Position numbers and translations under genes: made by a program. Positions 36,557 to 50,680 of a stretch of DNA of 64,000 nucleotides are shown here, piece by piece. Below the pieces are notes generated by a model. The model did not search any database. It worked only from the letters and a program-made list of their open reading frames with translations, and was not told the DNA's origin. Origin of the DNA: Octopus vulgaris. Taxonomy: Eukaryota. The stretch is from positions 31,372,001-31,436,000 of the forward strand of contig OX597831.1 of the NCBI GenBank assembly GCA_951406725.2, written 5' to 3'. The first letter of the stretch is position 1. Every line of letters starts with the position of its first letter.

Positions 36557-36995
36557 GCAGATGTGGCTGTGTGGTAGAAAGTTTGCTTCCCAACCATATG
36601 GTTCTGGGTTCAGTCCCACTGTGTGACAACTTGAGCAAACATTTCCTATAGAGTCTAAAACCAACCAAAGCCTTGTGAGTGGATTTGGTAGACAGAAACT
36701 GAAAGAAGCCTGTCATGCGTTTGTGTATGTGCATATATGTGTGTGTGCGTGCATGTGTGTGTGTGTGTGTGTGTGTTACTGTCTCTTTTCCTTGACATTG
36801 CATAATAATTATAAATGAGTGTCATAGTCATGCAAATACTGTCCTTCGTTTCCAATCCTCTGTGAAAACAGGTCTAGTCATGAGGAAATATTACCTTACT
36901 TGGAAGTAGCAGGTGCGGGTTAGCATCAGGAAGGGCATCAGCTGTAGAAATTTCACCTCAACAAATTCTGTCCAACTCATGAAAGCATGGAAAAG
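36557..36995 (+). mobile_element. SINE family B variant with RTE-type (family D-like) tail
   Basis: B head and microsatellite, then aaatattaccttacttgg...aggaagggcatcagctgtagaaa...gcatggaaaa. Confidence 0.75.
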
Positions 36996-37162
36996 CAGGA
37001 GTGGCTGTGTGGTAAGTAGCTTGCTAACCAACCACATGGTTCCGGGTTCAGTCCCACTGCGTGGCATCTTGGGCAAGTGTCTTCTGCTATAGCCCCGGGC
37101 CGAATAAAGCCTTGTGAGTGGATTTGGTAGACGGAAACTGAAAGAAGCCTGTCGTATATATG

Positions 37163-37193
<31 letters not shown>

Positions 37194-37400
37194 TTGTGTG
37201 TCTGTGTTTGTTCCCCTAGCATTGCTTGACAACCGATGCTGGTGTGTTTATGTCCCCGTTACTTAGCGGTTCGGCAAAAGAGACCGATAGAATAAGTACT
37301 GGGCTTACAAAAGAATAAGTCCCGGGGTCGAGTTGCTCGGTTAAAGGCGGTGCTCCAGCATGGCCGCAGTCAAATGACTGAAACAAGTAAAAGAGAGAAA
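36996..37400 (+). mobile_element. SINE family B, full length (reference copy)
   Basis: A box tggctgtgtgg, B box ggttcagtccc, CORE-like cttgggcaagtgtctt, internal (TA)/(TG), CR1-like tail. Confidence 0.9.
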
Positions 37401-37578
37401 GAGATTAAAACAATGAAGACGGTGGTGATAATGACAATAAATGCAATGGAGAGGAAGACTGATAACTGACATCACAGTGACAATTCAGGATATGTTTTGG
37501 TCTCAGAGTTTCAGCAAAGTGAGATCTACCCATATAGAATGACATTGTAGGGTTTGTGAGAGGCTGGATCTAGCCAGT

Positions 37579-37805
37579 TTAACCCTTTAGTATTTAAACC
37601 GGCCATATCCGGCCAAAATAGCTAATCTGTTTTATGTTCAAACTGACCAGATCCAGGCTCTCACACCTACCCTACAATGTTATTCTACATTAAGTAATTA
37701 CACCATCAAGATCTTGAAGATATGAGATAATGCATGATTAATTCAAATCAATGGGAATCAATAAGCATTATGTTTGATAGAATAATCTGAACACTAAAGG
37801 GTTAA
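37579..37805 (+). mobile_element. piggyBac-type MITE (same family as 17119)
   Basis: ttaaccctttag...ctaaagggttaa. Confidence 0.85.
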
Positions 37806-38464
37806 ACATAAAACGGGTAGAATTTAGGAGCTGGATATATGACCAGTTTAAATGCCAAAGAGTTGATGATGGTAAAGTTATTAATTATTTTGGAAATTAA
37901 TTGAAAACAAAACCCAAGTGTTTCAATAGAAATACGATAACAAAAGAGTTAAAGTTTCTTGGCACATTGCACTATCTTTGTGCCCACTTTACAATTCATT
38001 TCATAGACAGAAGATACCCTATCACATCTCCTATTTGATCCTGTCATTCTTTCAGATAGTCTGAGATTATGTATGTCTGAAAACAAGGCACGATTGTCAT
38101 GAACAGAACGACTTTGATCATAGGGCCGCTCAATCAAAGCTGACCTGAGGTTAGACAGCAGCAACAAGAGCAACTAGGAATTCATTACTGATTTAAGAAA
38201 TTCTTATAAATATTCATGATGTATTTTCTCGAACACAAATATGAAATGAAGCATTGCTGAAATATCAATTCAGAAATGGGCAACAGACTTGATCTAAATT
38301 CAATTCATAAATCACAGTTATTACCTTACTAAGTTTTATTAATGAATTAGTAATTCAATAATCAAACTAACTATCAAGGAATGTGATAAAAGGTGTTACT
38401 TATGCAAATCAATTCAACTGATTTAATCAAGTCCTTAACAATAGACGCCCACTCTCTCTCTAGA

Positions 38465-38515
<51 letters not shown>

Positions 38516-38575
38516 CGCGCGCGCTTTGTCTAGTCTCAGACCCATACAGCCTACTTTGTATATTTCTTTTTGTAC

Positions 38576-38663
38576 CTTTACATTCATATTCACATCTGCT
38601 GCTTGCGGAATGTTTGTTTTTGTCACTCCTCAACATTTGCCCACTATTTCCAGCAACTTTTCG
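38576..38663 (-). CDS. Possible upstream SPC25 exon (88 nt, phase 0-1), unconfirmed
   Basis: Polypyrimidine tract plus caacag acceptor, weak gtacaa donor. The only open frame (RKVAGNSGQMLRSDKNKHSASSRCEYECK) ends in phase 1, compatible with the 213-nt exon, but has no recognisable motif. Confidence 0.3.
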
Positions 38664-39016
38664 CTGTTGGCGCCACAAAAAAAAGAAAAAAAGAACCTTA
38701 TGACTAAAAGTATGAAGTTGTAATACTTTTTGGGATTCAGTCCCACTGCATGGCACCTTGAGCCGGTATCTTCTACTATAGCCTCAGGTCAACCAAAGTC
38801 TTGTGAGTGGATCTGGTAGATAGAAACTGAAACAAGCTCGCCATATATATGTGCGTGAGTGTTTGTGTGTTTTTGTATCTGTTAGTTCCCCACCTCTACT
38901 TGACAACCAGTGTTTGTGTGTTGATGTCCTTGTAACTTAGCAGTTTGGCTAAAGATATCGACAGCAGGTTATTCCACAGTATTTTGTTCATACAAAAACC
39001 AAAAATAAAGTTTGTA

Positions 39017-39224
39017 TACTCTTTTACTCTTTTACTTGTTTCAGTCATGTGACTGTGGCCATGCTGGAGCACCGCCTTTAGTCGAGCAAATCGACCCCGG
39101 GACTTATTCTTTGTAAGCCCAGTACTTATTCTATCGGTCTCTTTTGCCGAACCGCTAAGTGACAGGGACGTAAACACACCAGCATCGGTTGTCAAGCAAT
39201 GCAAGGGGAACAAACACAGACACA

Positions 39225-39266
<42 letters not shown>

Positions 39267-39445
39267 CATATACATATATACGTCAGGCTTCTTTCAGTTT
39301 CCGTCTACCAAATCCACTCACAAGGCATTGGTCGGCCCGGGGCTATAGCAGAAGACACTTGCCCTAGATGCCACGCAGTGGGACTGAACCCAGAACCATG
39401 TGGTTGGTTAGCAAGCTACTTACCACACAGCCACTCCTGCGCCTA
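39017..39445 (-). mobile_element. SINE family B, full length
   Basis: Family B consensus. Confidence 0.9.
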
Positions 39446-40319
39446 TATTTGGAAAAAATTTCTTAATTTTTTGCATAATAGTCATAGTTTGTGAAAACGG
39501 GGAAAATGATTCTCGGTCTACTGTTGCTTATGCATAAATTATCATAATTTTGGTCATTGCAGAGGGGAAAATGTTTTGCTTTTTTTTTTTTTGAAAAGTA
39601 CTGAAACATGGACTCCTCAAGGGAACAAATATTCAGTAAATATTGAAAACCTAAATCTGCTTCAGAGAAACAGCACCATTACTTGTCCAATAAATGATTT
39701 TCCCCTCCTCAACATTTTAAGGCCTTTATGTCTTGTTAGTTCTCACACAAATGCCCAATTCAGAACTTGCATTTCAGAATCTCTGTGTTTAGGCCAGAGC
39801 TGCTCATTGTTTTCAAAATGGCCAGATGTTTTCTGTTCTGTCCAAGGTAAATAAGTATTTTTTTGTTGCAGAGGGGAAGTCTGTTGCAGAAAAAGTGTGA
39901 AGTCCAACAGGTCTTATCTAAAGTGGTGATAATAGCTATAGTAGTTTCAATGATATATTTCATTTTGATGCAAATCTAAACCTCCAAGAGAGATTTGCAG
40001 ACCATAAACACTCAAAAGTGCATTAAAGTCCAATGAAAATAAGCCCGATGTGACTTTCTGAACCTGCAGGACAATCCTTTTGAAACTACAATAGTTGTAT
40101 AAATATGTATATATTATGTGTATATTATAGATTGAAACAAGCAGATTGATCAAACAAAAGCCCAATTTAGTATATATCTGGCTGTCAGAAAACTCTACAT
40201 CTTTAATGGTGACTAATTCAAAACTTTTAACCAGTAAAACAAAAACCAAAACCCAAAGCGTGACCATTCAAATGAAAGCTCATGATGAGTTCATTTAAAC
40301 AGTGGTATGAGTAATTGTA

Positions 40320-40550
40320 GGCGGCGAGCTGGCAGAAACGTTAGCACGCCGGGCGAAATGCTTAGCGGTATTTCGTCTGCCACTACGTTCTGAGTTCAAA
40401 TTCCGCTGAGGTCGACTTTGCCTTTCATCCTTTCGGGGTCGATAAATTAAGGACCAGTTATGCACTGGGGTCGATGTAATCACCTTAATCCGTTTGTCTG
40501 TCCTTGCTTGTCCTCTCTGCATTTAGCCCCTTGTGGGTTGTAAAGAAATA
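40320..40550 (+). mobile_element. SINE family A monomer
   Basis: Family A consensus; TSD-like agtaattgta. Confidence 0.88.
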
Positions 40551-41579
40551 GGCACAAGTAATTGTAAATCTGAAGATAAGTAAAAGAAGAAAAAAAAACA
40601 GTCTTGGCAGTGCAATCTTGACAACACAGTTTACTGCATTTTTTTCTCTTGAATACCAACATTTTGCAAGTCTGAAAAGTACTTGAACATTAAACATTTT
40701 TCTCTCTCTCTCTCTCCACTAAATGTTTCAATAAACATATATAGTTAAAAAAAAAAAAGTACTTGCCTGAATAACTAATCCTGCCAACAACACTGTTTAA
40801 CAATGTCTAATTAGTCGCTATTTAACTATAATTTAGCACAATATGAGAGCGTAAATACAACACAGTTTTAACATAGGAATCAATGTAAACAATAAAATGA
40901 AGGGTTGAAAAAAACAAATTTTTTTATTAAAAATTAAACATTCTTGTCTTGAATGCCATATTTTGCAAGTCTGAAAATTACTTGAACATTGTTTACAGAC
41001 ATAGAACTTGCTTTTTGATACATCTTTTCATTCATTCTAGCTCTAGATGAGACACCAGTTTTCTCTCTTTGTTTTGTGAGCTTGGGCACTAGTTCACCAT
41101 ATTTGTTGTATTATGGGATAGTGCAAGACCATGTGCTTTTTTTCAAAATGGGTTAATATTACCTTACATGGAAATAGGTGAGGGTTGATGACAAAGAGGG
41201 CATCCAGCTGTAGAGAATTCACTTCAAAAGCATAATGTCTGACCCATGCAAACACAGAAAAAAATGTGTACATTAAAACAAGGATAACGGTGGTGATGAT
41301 GATGATGATGATGATGATGCTGACAAGACCTCTCAGAAATTACTCATTCCTAATTTGGCCACAGAAAAAGTCTTCAGTGAATAAGTGTTACTGTAAACAT
41401 GACATATTTTTCCAAAAGCGGTCAACTGAAAGACTCCTGCCTTTTCTTTTCCCCTCCAAGGAATTTTCTTCACATATGAGCGACCATTGAGTTGTCAGAT
41501 TTGTGAACATTTCATGGCAATGAAATTAAGCATTAGAAAGTGGGAAAGAAAAGGTATATAAACATAAAACATCACTTAT

Positions 41580-41589
41580 ACACACACAC

Positions 41590-41621
<32 letters not shown>

Positions 41622-41770
41622 ATATATATATATGTATGTATGTATATATATATGTATGTATGTATGTATGTATATATATATGTATGTATGTATATATGTA
41701 TGTATATATGTATGTATATATATATATGTATGTATGTATGTATGTATATATATATATATATGTATGTATG

Positions 41771-41801
<31 letters not shown>

Positions 41802-41916
41802 ATATATATATGTATGTATGTATATATATATATATATGTATGTATGTATATATATATATATATGTATGTATGTATGTATATATATATGTATGTATGTATA
41901 TATATATGTATGTATG

Positions 41917-41949
<33 letters not shown>

Positions 41950-42002
41950 GTATGTATGTATATATATATATGTATGTATATATATATATATATATATGTA
42001 TG

Positions 42003-42077
<75 letters not shown>

Positions 42078-42194
42078 ATATATATATATGTATATATGTA
42101 TATATATATATATGTATGTATGTATATATATATATATGTATGTATGTATATATATATATATGTATGTATGTATATATATATATATGTATGTATG

Positions 42195-42227
<33 letters not shown>

Positions 42228-42257
42228 ATATATATATATATATATGTATATTTATAC

Positions 42258-42289
<32 letters not shown>

Positions 42290-42363
42290 ATATATATATG
42301 TATGTGTGTATATATATATATGTATGTGTGTATATATATATGTATGTGTGTATATATATATAT

Positions 42364-42408
<45 letters not shown>

Positions 42409-42575
42409 TAGATAGATATGTGTATGTATGCATGTATATATGTGCACACACCCACATATACACACACAGGAATATACATATACACACACATGTATACAAC
42501 AGAGATCCACATGTACACAAATACATACATCTACATATACGCAGGCACATAAATACACACTCATACATTCACAAG

Positions 42576-42624
<49 letters not shown>

Positions 42625-42625
42625 G
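41580..42625. repeat. Very long compound (TA)n/(TATG)n/(CA)n microsatellite
   Basis: Direct reading; source of the long YI/MYV ORFs. Confidence 0.97.
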
Positions 42626-43599
42626 CATACATTTGTTTTTAGTGTGAACTACTGCTAAGCAACAACCAGAAGAAACAGACATTTATCACACGGAAAATGG
42701 ATGAGAAAAAAAGTATTTTTTCTATCAATGTTTGCTATCAGTTTAGATAATATAAAACATTCTTCATTTCTAGTCAATGTGATTGACGTAATCAGATAGG
42801 AGGTCAATATTTTGTTTTGTCTAATTCATTTATTTTATGATAGTAACAGGATATATTTGATAAATATACCACACTCACCAAAGGTGATACTACTTTTGTT
42901 TTTTTTTTCTTTTTGTTGTTTTTTTTTTCATATAATTCTTTTACTAGTTTTAGTTACCGAACTGTAGTCATGCTGAAGGAATGACTAAAAAAGTATTGCT
43001 CAATGGTTGATAATCGATACTAGTATTTCACATAGTATTTATTCTATCACAAACTGATGGGGTTTTTTTTTTTTAGCACTAACAAACTCACAAGTCAGGG
43101 CATGACACATGCAGACTAGAATTAGACAAATGAAAGCCTGGGTTAGAACAATCATCATCATCATTTGGTGTCTATTTTCCATGCTGGCATGAGTTGGACA
43201 TTGCCCTTCCTAAAGCTAACCACTCTGTACTAGTGAGTGCATTTTCTTGTGTCACCAACACTAGTGAAGGTCACCAACTAACGTCCTTAACTCTAACAAA
43301 CTCTATTCTTTCATTGGTTTCAGTCATTAGTTTAGCATGATGATGATGATGATGATGATAATGATGTACTTCCCACAAGGATATACTTAATCAAATCAGC
43401 TCCAGTTCTGAGATCACTCTAGTAGTTATTTCATTCAGCATTTGTCAATAAAAGAGGAAGAAGGAAAAAAATAAAACCTCCTTGACTACATGGGGGTGAT
43501 GGTGGAATATTTGAGACAAGAAGGGGTGATGGCCCAAGTAAGGTGTAAAGGCACTAATGTGTGACAGGGACAAGCCCAGGTGTCTTGCTACAAAGATGC

Positions 43600-44172
43600 A
43601 AGGCTCGCCTGCATTATACAGGGTTGGGTAGGAGTAGCAGGAAAATAGATAGAGACCTTTGGAAGTATGCTGTGCGTGGGAAGACCCGGCAGGACAAGTG
43701 AGACCATAACTCGTGGCCTCTACCTGGGATGTAGCCAGCCCACTTATGCATACTTTTCCTTCTTGTGACACAAACCCTACTTGTGAAGACTTGTTGAGGC
43801 AAGTGAAAATCAAAATCGAAATCGATCAACATCAATGGAAATTGTAGCTGTGATACCAGTGCTGGTGGCACATAAGAGAACCATCCGAACGTGGCCATTG
43901 CCAGCGCCGCCCCGACTGGCCTCCGTGCCGGTGGCACGTAAAAAGCACCGTCCAATTGTGGCTGTTTGCCAGCCTCGTCTGCCACCTGTGCAGGTGGCAC
44001 GTAAAAAGCACCCACTACACTCACGGAGTGGTTGGCGTTAGGAAGGGCATCCAGCTGTAGAAACACTGCCAGATCTGACTGGGCCTGGCGCAGCCTACTG
44101 GATCCCCAGACCCCAGTTGAACCGTCCAACCCATGCTAGCATGGAAAACAGACGTTAAACGATGATGATGAT
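43600..44172 (+). mobile_element. Family D / RTE 3' UTR repeat
   Basis: Near-identical to 30640-31012; ends (gat)n. Confidence 0.85.
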
Positions 44173-44453
44173 GGCGGTGGTGGTGGTGGCAATAAAATAG
44201 CAAACACCTCAATATACAAGGTGAGTGTATGAGAGCATACAGATAGTAGATCAGAGATGGAGAGGGGTAAAAGTTTTAAAAGAGAGTGGGATCTTCATGT
44301 ATAGCATACACCATTAGAATTACAACCAGTTAATAATCACAGCATTCAATGTCTGTGTTTTCTGGATGTTGCCAGCTTCTTGTTCAAGACTGGAGCTGGC
44401 TCAACATATCATGGTTGAAGGCTTACTCAAATATATGTAATATGTAATATGAA

Positions 44454-44860
44454 GGCGGCGAGCTGGCAGAAACGTTAGCACGCCGAGCAAAATGCGTAGC
44501 CGTATTTTGTCTGCCGTTACGTACTGAGTTCAAATTCCGCCGAGGTAGACTTATCCTTTCAGGGTTAATAAATTAAGTACCAGTTATGCACTGGGGTCGA
44601 TGTAATCGACTTAATCTGTTTATCTGTCCTTGTTTGTCCCCTCTGTGTTTAGCCCCTTGTGGGTAGTAAAGAAATAGGTATTTTGTCTGCCGCTACGTTC
44701 TGAGTTCAAATTCCGCCATGGTCGACTTTGCCTTTCATCCTTTCGGGGTCGATAAATAAAGTACCAGTTACGCACTGGGGTCAATGTAATCGATTTAATA
44801 CCTTTGTCTGTCCTTGTTTGTCCTCTCTGTGTTTAGCCCCTTGTGGGCAGTAAAGAAATA
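44454..44860 (+). mobile_element. SINE family A dimer
   Basis: Second unit restarts after gaaatagg at tattttgtctgcc; TSD-like atatatgtaatatg. Confidence 0.88.
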
Positions 44861-45115
44861 TATATGTAATATGGGTAAGAATTTTTGTTGCCTTTCTTTT
44901 TGTATATCTTTTAATTAATCATAGTTAATAACAGATGTGGTTGAGCAGTAAGAATTTTGCTTCCCAGCCACATGATTTCAGGTTCAGTTCTACTGCATGG
45001 CACTCGTGAAGTTTACTTCAAACTCCTGATATAGAGAGAATTTCAAAAGTAATGACAAAAAAAGTATTGCAATTCTACTAATCATAGTTCAACACTATCA
45101 TCACTATTATGACTC

Positions 45116-45520
45116 TCTCTTTACTCTCTGTTACTCGTTTCAATCATTTGACAGTGGCCATGCAGGAGCACCACCTTTAGTCAAGCAAATCGACCCCAAG
45201 ACTTATTCTTTGTAACCCTAGTACTTATTCTATCGGTCTCTTTTGCTGAACCACTAAGTTACGGGGACGTAAACACACCAGCAGCAATTGTCAAGCGATG
45301 TTGGGGGAACAAACACAGACACAAACATATACACACACATACATATATACATATATACGATGGGCTTCTTTCAGTTTCCGTCTACCAAATCCACTCACAA
45401 GGCTTTGGTTGGCCCGAGGCTATAGTAGAAGACACTTGTCCAAGGTGCCATGCAGTGGGATTGCACCCGGAACCATGTGGTTCTTAAGCAAGCTACTTAC
45501 CACACAGCCACTCCTACACC
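45116..45520 (-). mobile_element. SINE family B
   Basis: Family B consensus. Confidence 0.88.
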
Positions 45521-47169
45521 TGTCTTTTTTTTTGTTTGTTTGTTTTTTTCTATGTTGGCATGGGTTGGAGATGTCTACAGTCAGATCACCTTCTTGTCAT
45601 CAATTGTTACTTACTTTCAAGTAACGTACTTTATTCTACATCTTCGCAACAAACAGCTGATATGCCAGTCTTTCTGTTTATTTGGCACATAATCACATTG
45701 CTGTACAAGCAGTGTTCATTCAAAGACAACCACGCGGAGAGCTTTAAACCTTTTTTGATACCAATCAACATGTAGCCATTTGTTTTAGTGCTCAAATTTA
45801 AATTCCGACAAAATTTAACTAAAACACGAAATGATATCAGGAAGCTTCAGTTGATCAACACCAAATTATTTTTGTACTAATAAATAAAATCATACTATGG
45901 CACAGGTGTGACTGTGGGGTAGGGAGTTAGCTTTCCAATCACATGATCCTAAGTTCAGTCCCTTTGCATGGAACCTTGGGTAAGTGTCTTCAGCTATAGC
46001 CTTGGGCTGACCAAAACTTTTAGAGTAGATTTGGCAACAGGAACTGAAAGAAGCCTGCCCTCTCTCTCTCTCTCTGTGCATGTCTTTTTGTGTCTTTGTG
46101 GCTGTGTCTGTCCTCACCACTGCTTGACAACAAGTCTTGGTGTGTTTAAGAACACATAACTTAGCAGTTCAGCAACAGAATAGGAACCAGGTTTATTATG
46201 AAAGTAAGCACTGAAGTCGGCAAGGCTTTGGTCAGCCTGAGGCTAGAGTCGAAGACACTTGCCCGAAGTGCCATGCAGAACCCAGAACCATGTGATTGGG
46301 AAGCAAGTTTCTTACCACACAGCCACACCCACACCTACATAAGATTTTGTTGTTTAAAATTTATGTGGAATAAAATTTGTAATGCTTTTAAAATACAGAA
46401 AATATTTCAAAAATTTCTTTACACAATTCCTAATAATATTTAATTATAAAATTAGGACTTTATTTAAACATTAAATGGCTATTGGGGTCCATAGGAAAAA
46501 ATTGAGTTGAGTACCACAGCTCTATACTATCAATTGACCTGCTGTAAATAACAACCAAAATCTCCCTCAAAACACATATAACCATCTAAGAAAAGGAAGG
46601 ACAAATTGCATAAAATTTTTCCAAGGTGCAGGTATAATATGTGCTTAAGAGGCTCACTTTGCAACCATGAGGTTTCAGGTTCAATTCCACTGTGTTGCAA
46701 CTTGGGCAAGTGTCTTCTATCATAGCCCTGGGTCAAGCAATAGCTTGTGAATAAATTTGGTAGAAAGAGACTATGTAGAAGCCCATTGTGTATACACAGA
46801 CACACACACACACACGTATGTGGCATGTTTTGTGTTTGTCCTCCTACAATTGCTTGACAACTGATGTTGGTATATGTCCTTGTAACTTAGCAGTTCAGCA
46901 AAACACAGTCTGATAGAATAAGTACATGACTTCACAAAATAAGTATTGGAAGCAATTTGTTTGACTAAACCCCCTCAAGGTGGTGGCCATAGCAAGACCA
47001 CAGCCCAATGACTGAGAAAAAACAGAAAGATAAAAGGAGATAAAACAATGGGATGGTCACAACTTGAATGTCTTTTAATCACAGGGGTGCTTACTATGGA
47101 CAACCTAGGGGTTAACCACAATGGTACAAGAACACAACAACTACATTTTGCTATTTGTACATTGTGATG

Positions 47170-47310
47170 AAGGCCTGTGGCTTAGTGGTTAGGAGTATTC
47201 AGCTCACAATCACAAGGTCATGAGTTCAATTCCTGGCGACGTGTTGTGTCCTTGAGCAAGACACTTTATTTTACATTGCTCCAGTCCACTCAGCTGGCAA
47301 AAATGAGTTA
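47170..47310 (+). mobile_element. Further tRNA/CORE-like SINE (second copy at 54014-54300)
   Basis: A box tggcttagtgg, B box gagttcaattcc, tccttgagcaagacactt. Confidence 0.7.
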
Positions 47311-47311
47311 T

Positions 47312-47830
47312 ATCATCAACATCATCATCGTTTAACGTCCGCTTTCCATGCTTTCATGGGTTGGATGGTTTGACTGAGGGCTAGCGAGCCAGAAGGCTTC
47401 ACCAGTCTCCAATCTGATCTGGCAAAGTTTCTACAGCTGGATGCCCTTCCTATCGCCAACCACTCCGAGAGTGTAGTGGGTGCTTTTATGTGCCACCGGC
47501 ATGAGGGCCAGTCAGGCGGTACTGGCATCAGCCATGCTCAAATTGTGCTTTTTATGTGCCACCTGCACAGGAGCCAGTCTGGCAGCACTGGCAACAACCA
47601 TGCTCGAATGGTGCTCCTTTACGTGGCACCGGCACAGGAGCCAGTTAGCAGCCCTGGCAACGATCATGCTCGAATGGTGCTTTTAACGTTCCACTGGCAC
47701 GGGTGCCAATCAGGTGGTACTGTCATGACAGTGATTTTACTTGCCTCAATAGGTCTTCGCAAGCATAGTTTATTGTCCAACAAATGATGGTTACTCTTAA
47801 ATGGACTCATTATATAGCACTGGCATAGGC
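47312..47830 (-). mobile_element. Family D / RTE 3' UTR repeat
   Basis: (cat)n tail and internal tandem gtgcttttatgtgccacc units. Confidence 0.85.
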
Positions 47831-48339
47831 CATGGCTAGCCTTGTCACACTCTGTTTAACACTGAATCTTCCTGAGAACTACATTAAGGATACATGTGTC
47901 TATGAAGTGCTCAGCTGCATACACGTTAATTCCATGAGCAAGCTGTTCCATTGATTGGATCAACTGGAACCCCCATCATCGTAATTGACAGAGTGCCATA
48001 TTGTGTGATATTGTCATATACTTTGGCAAATTTCAAAATTACAAGATAATTATATTGTAAGGTATTTCCTATATGCCAATAACACCCACTGGTGCAATTC
48101 AGATCAGCTCCAATTACTTGGTTCTTGACCAAATTATTCCTCGTCTGTTTTTGAACTTTCACACAAGAAAGAAGCCTGAAGTCTTTGGGAGAAAGCAGCA
48201 TTGATCTTAAGTTTTAAACAAAGGAAAAGAAAACAATGTCAAGTTTTGAAGAAAAGCCAAGGAAGCAGCCTGACCCTGGAAGGCTAGAGTGAATGTGTGT
48301 GTGTTTACATACACATGCATATACACACATACATATGCA

Positions 48340-48610
48340 TATACACTCATACACATGCATATACACTCATACCCATGTATATATACACTCATACCCATGT
48401 ATACATACACTCATACCCATGTATACATACACTCATACCCATGTATACATACACTCATACCCATGTATATATACACTCATACCCATGTATATATACACTC
48501 ATACCCATGTATATATACACTCATACCCATGTATATATACACTCATACCCATGTATATATACACTCATACCCATGTATATACACTCATACCCATGTATAT
48601 ACACTCATAC
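48340..48610. repeat. 22-bp minisatellite (atacactcatacccatgtatat) x ~12
   Basis: Direct reading. Confidence 0.95.
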
Positions 48611-48637
48611 ACACATAACTATAACCACACATACATA

Positions 48638-50595
48638 TCATCATCATCATCTAATGTCCGTTTTCCATGCTGGCATGGGTTGGACGGTTTGACTGAGGTC
48701 TGGAGAGCCAGCAGCTGCACCAGGCTCCAATCTGATCTGGCAATGTTTCTACAGCTGGATGCCCTTCCTAACACCAACCATTCTGAGAGTGTATTGGGTG
48801 CTTTTTATGTGCCTGACATCGATCACATTAGGATGCTTTTTACATGCCACCAGCACGGGAGCTAGTCAGGCAACATTGGCATCGACCAGGTTCAGATGAT
48901 GCATTTTACATGTTACCAGAATGGGAGCCAGTCAGGGCACTGGCCACAGCTACAATTTTGGTTCTACTTGACTCAACAGGTTTCCTCAAGCATGTATCGT
49001 TCAACGCATGGAGGGTACTCTTAAATGGCCCAGACATGCAACACTGGCATCAGCGATGGCTGCAATCTCACTTTAGTTGCCGGGTCTTCTCAATCACAGC
49101 ATATCCCCTAAGGTCTCGATCTCCTGCCATTGCCTCTGTGAGGCCCAATATTTGAAGGTCATGCTTCACCACCTCATCCCATGTCTTCCTGGGTCTACCT
49201 CTTCCACAGGTTCCTTCTCCAGTTAGAGTGTGGCACTTCCTCACACAGCTGTCCTCATCCATACGTAACACATGACCATACCAGCGCAGTCGTCCCGTTT
49301 GCACGCCACATTTGATGCTTCTTATGTCCAACTTTTTTCTCAGGGCACTTACACTCTGTCATGTATGCACACTGACATTACACATCCAGCAGACCATACT
49401 AGCTTCATTTCTTTCAAGCCTACGCATATCCTTTGCAGTCATGGCCCATGTTTCACTGCCATGTAGTATGGCAGTTTGCACACATGCATCATACAGTCTA
49501 CCTTTCATCCTGAACAAGAGGCCCTTAGTTACCAACAAAAGTAGGAGCTCCCTGAACTTTGCCCAGGCTATTCTTATTCTAGCCGCTACACTCTCAGAGC
49601 AACCACCCCCACTACAGACTTGATAGAAGCTATCAACTACTTTTTAGTTTTTCTCCCTGGAATGTGATGGAATCTGTTTTCTGTAGATCTTGCCCCTGCG
49701 TATCTGCCACACAAAAAAACTATCCTCCCAGTTGTCTTTCCTTTGATATTACTGTACCTTTTATGTGTCCATAGCTTAAACCAGGTACATCGTAAGGAGT
49801 TTCTACCCACGCCTATTCTACAGATCTACCTGAATGGGTTTGTGATTTGTCAGCCTTCCTACTTATTAAGACTCTGGTTTTTGCTAGGTTAACCTTAAGG
49901 CCTTTCGCTTCTAGACCTTGATTCCACACCTTAAACTTTGTCTCTAGTTCTGGCAGTAACTCGGCTATTAGAGCAAAGTCATCAGCATAGAGGAGCTCCC
50001 AAGGGCAGCCTGTCTTGAATTTCTGTTAGAGCCTAGAGGACTATAATGAATAAGAGGGGGCTGAGGACCGATTCTTGGTAAACCCCTACATTTGCCTGGA
50101 ATTCTTCACTATACCCGTTGTCAACCCTCACCTTACTGACAGCATCCCTGTACAGGGCTTGTACAGCTCTTACCAACCACTCGTCTACCCCCAGTTTCTG
50201 CATTGACCACCAGATAAGAAATCGGGGGACCCTATCAAAGGCTTTCTCCAAATTGGCAAAAGCCAAGTACAGAGGTTTATCTTTGGCTATTTTTCCTGCA
50301 GTTGCCTTACCAGAAATATAGCATCAGTGGTGCTTCTGCCTGGCACAAAACCAAACTGCATCTCATCTAGGCTAACTCTCTCCCTAATTAGTTGGGCTCA
50401 CCTGATCCAATAATTTGATATCCCTGTAGTTATTTCTATCTAAAGCATCACCTTTACCTTTGTAACAGTTGACTATGGTGCTGCTACACCAGTCATTGGG
50501 TATGACTCCTTCATGAACTACCTGATTTACGATGCAGTTGACAAGACCATAACCCACACCACCCGATATTTTAAGCATCTTAGTGGCAATTCCTG
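48638..50595 (-). mobile_element. 5'-truncated RTE LINE (RT to 3' UTR), pseudogenised
   Basis: IPNDWCSSTIVNCYKGKGDALDRNNYRDIKLL, AFANLEKAFDRVPR, VGVYQESVLSPLLF, LLYADD, RLRWYGHVLRMDEDS, GRGRPRKTW; family D UTR and (gat)n tail. Confidence 0.93.
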
Positions 50596-50680
50596 ATATA
50601 TATATATACACACAAATATACATACATATATACACACATGTATACTTAAATAAACATATACATACATACATACAAATGTA

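Noticed and set aside
41540-42618. Long ORFs of 267-348 aa (YIYI/MYVC)
   Set aside because: Translations of TA/TATG microsatellite that lacks stop codons; not genes.
48340-48610. HTH-rich ORFs and periodic array
   Set aside because: 22-bp minisatellite with no spacers or coding signal.
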